Below are positions 59,860-64,000 of a stretch of 64,000 nucleotides of DNA, in pieces (within the stretch, counting starts at the first letter, position 1; the number at the start of each line of letters is the position of its first letter). The stretch lies in assembly GCA_049512075.1 (NCBI GenBank), contig JBEKXL010000008.1, positions 1-64,000 of the forward strand, in the 5' to 3' direction. Both the position numbers and the translations under genes were made by a program. Under the pieces are notes generated by a model. The model saw only the letters and a program-made list of their open reading frames with translations. It did not search any database and had not been told where the DNA came from. Source of the stretch: Candidatus Bathyarchaeia archaeon (GTDB taxonomy: Archaea; Thermoproteota; Bathyarchaeia; Bathyarchaeales; Bathycorpusculaceae).

Positions 59860-61551
59860 ATGAAAAAACACTTTAGCATCATAATGTGCCTATTGTTCAT
59901 TCTTTCGTTGATTGCGACCAATTCACAGATTCTAGCAACAAAAAGAGTCCTAGCTAGTGATAATTACTGGTCACCGCTTTCCAATTGGTTTAATTACACC
60001 GGGCCAATGGATGCCATGCCACTTGAATGTCTTGCCCTTTCTCCAAACGCTCCGGTCACAGGTGCGCTGAGCCCTGCGCAAATTCAGCAGGCATATAACC
60101 TTTCGTCTTCAGGTGGCCAAGGCACAATTGCGATTGTCGATCCGTACGATGACCCAACCATAATGAATGACGCAAATGTGTTCTGCAGTCAATATAACCT
60201 TCCCAATCTAACAAGCAGCAACTTCAATGTAGTGAAGCAAACGGGAGGGATAACGACTGACGCAAACTGGACACTGGAAACATCGCTTGATGTCGAATGG
60301 GCTCATGCAATGGCCCCAAATGCCAAGATACTGCTGGTTGAGGCACTTAACGAGAGTGAAGTATTGTATGCAGTGGACTATGCACGAGATCAACCGGATG
60401 TCATAGCCGTATCAATGAGCTGGGGTTTCCTTGAGGCAGACTGGGCACCTTCCGTTGATTTTGTGTTTCAACCAGGGCCTTTTGGCAACCCATCCTGCTG
60501 CTTCTTTGCTGCTGCTGGGGACGAACGTGAAAACGTGTCGTACCCCGCAAGTTCGCCAAGTGTGGTCGGCGTTGGCGGAACTACACTGACCTTTGAAAAC
60601 GGACAATTCTCCTCGGAAACTGTTTGGAACACCACGACGATCTACGGAACAGGCGGCGGGATAAGCAAATTCTTCAATGAACCCTCTTTCCAATCGTCAT
60701 ATGGCGTGCCAAATGCAAATGGAAAACGTTGCGTACCTGATGTTTCCTTTGATGCCGGTTCCAGTGTAAGTGTATACGACAGCAGCTATTCCGAAGACAA
60801 CAATTGGCAAAGTGTAATTGGGACAAGCCTTGGCACTGCGTGTTGGGCAGCGATATACTCGAGAAGTCTGACAGCTTCAAATGGACGTCTCTATCAAAAC
60901 GCAGAAATATTATCAATATACCAAACCAAGTTTCGAGATATCACCAGCGGAGGCAACGGACTTTACAACGCAACTACAGCTTACGACAAGGTAACTGGTC
61001 TGGGCAGTCCACTCACGACGACCTACAATGTACCAATCTTCGCTATGAAAACATTGACAGACGGGAAATTTTACAATCCAAACCAGACAGTTCCATACTT
61101 TAAGGTAGAGGAATGGTTTACAGACAACAGCTCCGCCGGAGACCAGGGTGGAAACACAACCTCGGGATATCCATTCGGATTTCCAGACGGCAAGGTCGGC
61201 CTTACGGATCTCACCATGCTAGCAAAGGCGTACGGTTTTTCTGAAGGCGGATACAAAGACCCCACTCACCATTGGAACTATCAAATAGACATAAACAACG
61301 ATGGAAAAGTGAGTCTAAGTGACTTGTCAATCCTTGCCAAAGACTATACTTCAAGTTCGAAATACAATTGGTATACCATGGACCCGGAACATATATCGAT
61401 AAACTTCACCATCACTGGCAATTCTCAACCGGTCACTGGAACTCTGGACAGCAACGGATTCGCCGCGATCCCAGCGAACTGCACGGGCTGGCTCGTCTTT
61501 AAAAACGACACGAACACCGCGGTCGGAGCTTTCCTGACGTTCTGGGGATGA
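59860..61551 (+). CDS. Secreted S53 (sedolisin) peptidase with dockerin domain
   Basis: ETSLDVEWAHAMAP, AAAGD, GTSLG, DITSG..YDKVTGLGSP; DGKVGLTDLTMLAKAY...DINNDGKVSLSDLSILAKDY. Confidence 0.92.
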   Translation: MKKHFSIIMCLLFILSLIATNSQILATKRVLASDNYWSPLSNWFNYTGPMDAMPLECLALSPNAPVTGALSPAQIQQAYNLSSSGGQGTIAIVDPYDDPTIMNDANVFCSQYNLPNLTSSNFNVVKQTGGITTDANWTLETSLDVEWAHAMAPNAKILLVEALNESEVLYAVDYARDQPDVIAVSMSWGFLEADWAPSVDFVFQPGPFGNPSCCFFAAAGDERENVSYPASSPSVVGVGGTTLTFENGQFSSETVWNTTTIYGTGGGISKFFNEPSFQSSYGVPNANGKRCVPDVSFDAGSSVSVYDSSYSEDNNWQSVIGTSLGTACWAAIYSRSLTASNGRLYQNAEILSIYQTKFRDITSGGNGLYNATTAYDKVTGLGSPLTTTYNVPIFAMKTLTDGKFYNPNQTVPYFKVEEWFTDNSSAGDQGGNTTSGYPFGFPDGKVGLTDLTMLAKAYGFSEGGYKDPTHHWNYQIDINNDGKVSLSDLSILAKDYTSSSKYNWYTMDPEHISINFTITGNSQPVTGTLDSNGFAAIPANCTGWLVFKNDTNTAVGAFLTFWG

Positions 61552-61572
61552 AGGACGAACGAGTGTGAAACC

Positions 61573-62619
61573 ATGAACAAGCTGAAAACGTTTTTGATAA
61601 TAGCTCTACTGGCCTCAACGATGGCGCTTTACGCTTCGAAGAAGGCAGCCGCAGATGTCTGCACGACACTAAGTGTTAGTCCTTCTCAGCAGGATTCTTG
61701 GATGTACTGGGGGAGCGGCAGCGGAAACGGCACCGTCTATGAGATTAGCGTTGACGTAGTAATATCGAACGTTACAGACATGGCCGGATGGCAGTTTGGA
61801 CTGTACTGGAACAACAATTACCTGAACTGCGACAGCGTCACCATCCAAAACCCCACCACATGGAACGAAACCATCAACGTCGACGTCAGCAACGGTATCG
61901 ACAACTCGTACAACTCGACAAACGGGTACTTTGGCTACGCCAACGCTGCAGCACAGCCCTGCCCCGACTTCAATGGCACCTTAACCATTGCAACTCTAAC
62001 CTTCCATCAACTGACAAACGTCTCAGCTACAACTCCGCTGAACATTGACATTGTCGACACCGAATTAGTGGACGGCAACTTTAACGACATCGCCTTCTCG
62101 TCCACGGACGGCTCCGTCGTAATGCACACTGGCGTGAAATCGACTTCTGTATCCATAACTGGGAACGGAAGCACGATACAACTCGACCCCTATCCTGGGA
62201 GTTGGAGTAACTGGCAGTGCTGCCAATCAAGTGACTCTGACACAAGCTACGTCATGTCCAGTGAGGAAGATAACAACCCTTACAATGACCTGTACGTTGC
62301 CAACTGTTCTTGGATACCAGCAGCCGCAACCAACACCACCGTGACGGTCCACATCTTGGTCAGATCTACTTCGACATCGCACAAAGCCATTTGTCGTCCA
62401 TACGTAAATGCAACTTCGCGCGGAAGCCAACTCGGAAGCTCATGCAACCCTGGCACAACGTACCAGGACTACTCATCCAGCTTTTCAATCACGCAAAGTG
62501 ACGGCTCAGGATTGCAAATAGGCGTCCAAATCACGTCTGGCCGCTACAGCCTCTACGGCATATACTACTACTGTCCAGGATACTGCACACAAGTCTACGC
62601 AGTCATAACATGGAGCTAG
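61573..62619 (+). CDS. Secreted cohesin-domain protein with Cys-rich C-terminal domain
   Basis: Signal peptide; ISVDVVISNVTDMAGWQFGLYWN...FNGTLTIATLTFH...STDGSV; 21 bp after the S53 gene. Confidence 0.82.
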   Translation: MNKLKTFLIIALLASTMALYASKKAAADVCTTLSVSPSQQDSWMYWGSGSGNGTVYEISVDVVISNVTDMAGWQFGLYWNNNYLNCDSVTIQNPTTWNETINVDVSNGIDNSYNSTNGYFGYANAAAQPCPDFNGTLTIATLTFHQLTNVSATTPLNIDIVDTELVDGNFNDIAFSSTDGSVVMHTGVKSTSVSITGNGSTIQLDPYPGSWSNWQCCQSSDSDTSYVMSSEEDNNPYNDLYVANCSWIPAAATNTTVTVHILVRSTSTSHKAICRPYVNATSRGSQLGSSCNPGTTYQDYSSSFSITQSDGSGLQIGVQITSGRYSLYGIYYYCPGYCTQVYAVITWS

Positions 62620-62975
62620 ACTGTAGCAATCCTGCGACAATTCAAAGACACCTCGCGCATGTGAGAACAGCAGAAATGCAAACTCCCCCCTTTTTCTTTG
62701 TCAAAAGAAGACTCCGATTTTTCTTATCTCAGACCAGGTAAAACTGAAGATGAAGCGTTTTTAAACACGATTCGGGCCATTTGCAATGTTTGATTCAATT
62801 AATATTTGTGCAATTATAGGTCCTCTGACGAATTCCGTTTGGGCTTCTTTTCTCAAGATAAGCTTTCTGAAGAAAGAATGTGAGATTTGCCTTTTCCAAT
62901 TATTCAAGAATTCCTTCACGTTGCTCTCCTGAAACAGAGCTCTAACTAATTTAGATATATCTGCACTAGAAGAGG

Positions 62976-63299
62976 TCATAATTCGGTTTGTTTCGGCTCA
63001 TGGTTAGAGGCCGCAGTGTAAGTATCATTTTCGAGCTGATGTAAGGCTTTCAATAATGACCGCGTTTTCGAACTTTCCGTTCGCAACCTAACCATCTTTA
63101 AGTATCCGTAAGGTGTAATAGTGACAATACCTTCACGTTCCAATATCTGGAGATTACGCTGAACCTGATTGTAGGTACTGTTCATCATTCTGACCAAGTT
63201 GGTGACGTGAGTCTCGTTGACTTTCGAAAGAGTCAGAATTATCTTTTGTCTGCAAGAAGAAGCTATGATCTGATGCAAAGTCAACACAAATACCGACAT
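62976..63299 (-). CDS. ArsR-like winged-helix protein
   Basis: SSCRQKIILTL..THVTNLVRMMNSTYNQVQRNLQILEREGIV. Confidence 0.8.
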   Translation of the reverse strand: MSVFVLTLHQIIASSCRQKIILTLSKVNETHVTNLVRMMNSTYNQVQRNLQILEREGIVTITPYGYLKMVRLRTESSKTRSLLKALHQLENDTYTAASNHEPKQTEL

Positions 63300-63436
63300 T
63301 TCAGACTACTCTCAGATAAGTCTTATAAACAGAAGGAAAAGCTTAGTAGGGGAGAGAGATAAGTGAAAGCTGTCATTCTTTTTCAACAAAAACATGTCAA
63401 TTGTGAATGGACGGTTTAAACGACGGCATCAAGCTA

Positions 63437-63449
63437 GCCCGCTGCACCA
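63437..63449 (+). repeat. Copy of the tRNA-Leu 3' end (candidate att site)
   Basis: GCCCGCTGCACC is identical to 57830-57841 and is followed by A (CCA). Confidence 0.6.
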
Positions 63450-64000
63450 AACCATTTTCAGATGATAAAATAAAATTCTTACAACAAGGAATGGCCAGTT
63501 TCGGTCAACAAACCGAAAAACAAATTCTGCGTGATTGGCCACGTCCTGGACGTCTGAGTTTCCAGATGTATCAGATGCTCTGGTGTATTCTAGTCGAACG
63601 CTTAGTAGAGAAGCCTTATATTACGATTCACGACATAGTGCTTCTATAGGACAGGCGATGGGAAAAATGAGAAAGAAAGCAGAAGTGGAAGCTGACTGCG
63701 GAAAGCAAAACTCCAAGTTTGAACCACCCGGCGAAGATATTGTCTTGTGCGAAATTCTGATAAACAGAAGGCAGATATAGCGCATAGATGATTGACCACC
63801 TCCCCAAAATCATTCATCCAGACAATGGACTCTGGACAAACCTCGTTTTCAATGAACCTTCGTATTAACTTAACGACCCACATGTCGGGGTTTCCAGTGA
63901 ACTGGTCAGAGCGTTTGCATCTTCGATCCAATTGTTGAACACTCGTTCCGAGTGGGAAATGGAAAAAGGTAGATTTGCGGGTAAATGCATATATCTCTCC

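Noticed and set aside
59100-59860. Possible decayed integrase within the tRNA island
   Set aside because: No tyrosine-recombinase R-H-R-Y motifs visible in any frame I read.
63450-64000. Short ORFs at the right edge
   Set aside because: Fragmentary, with no recognisable domain; cannot be called from this window.

Overview
Archaeal chromosomal segment, most likely Bathyarchaeia (inferred from the fused Rpo1 A'/A'', unsplit Rpo2, FtsZ, and cohesin/dockerin surface proteins). Core genes include nop5-fibrillarin, rnhB, trm1, metG, cdrS-like/ftsZ, a tRNA methylthiotransferase, pncB, a PolB2 operon, ModE plus a TupABC tungstate transporter, two thiolase/DUF35 pairs, a type III PKS-like gene, a methylmalonyl-CoA mutase cluster, an Smc5/6-like three-gene operon, rpo2-rpo1-rpl30e-nusA and an intron-containing tRNA-Leu(CAA). 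The best candidate for an undescribed system is at 17.2-23.5 kb. There, an unannotated 13-19 aa ORF (MRRKPIRIFGWGR, 20081-20122) has its own BRE/TATA and RBS. It sits between an MFS transporter and two polyprenyl-synthase homologues that have lost their IPP-binding and second Asp-rich motifs (ComQ-like), next to two PadR regulators and a radical SAM/SPASM gene. This suggests an archaeal ComQ/ComX-like Trp-prenylated peptide (RiPP or signalling) system. Also notable are a cohesin-dockerin system carrying an S53 protease, partly on a tRNA-Leu-anchored island, and a recurrent intergenic AGCGCGCGCT palindrome. All calls come from reading motifs by eye; no database searches were run.
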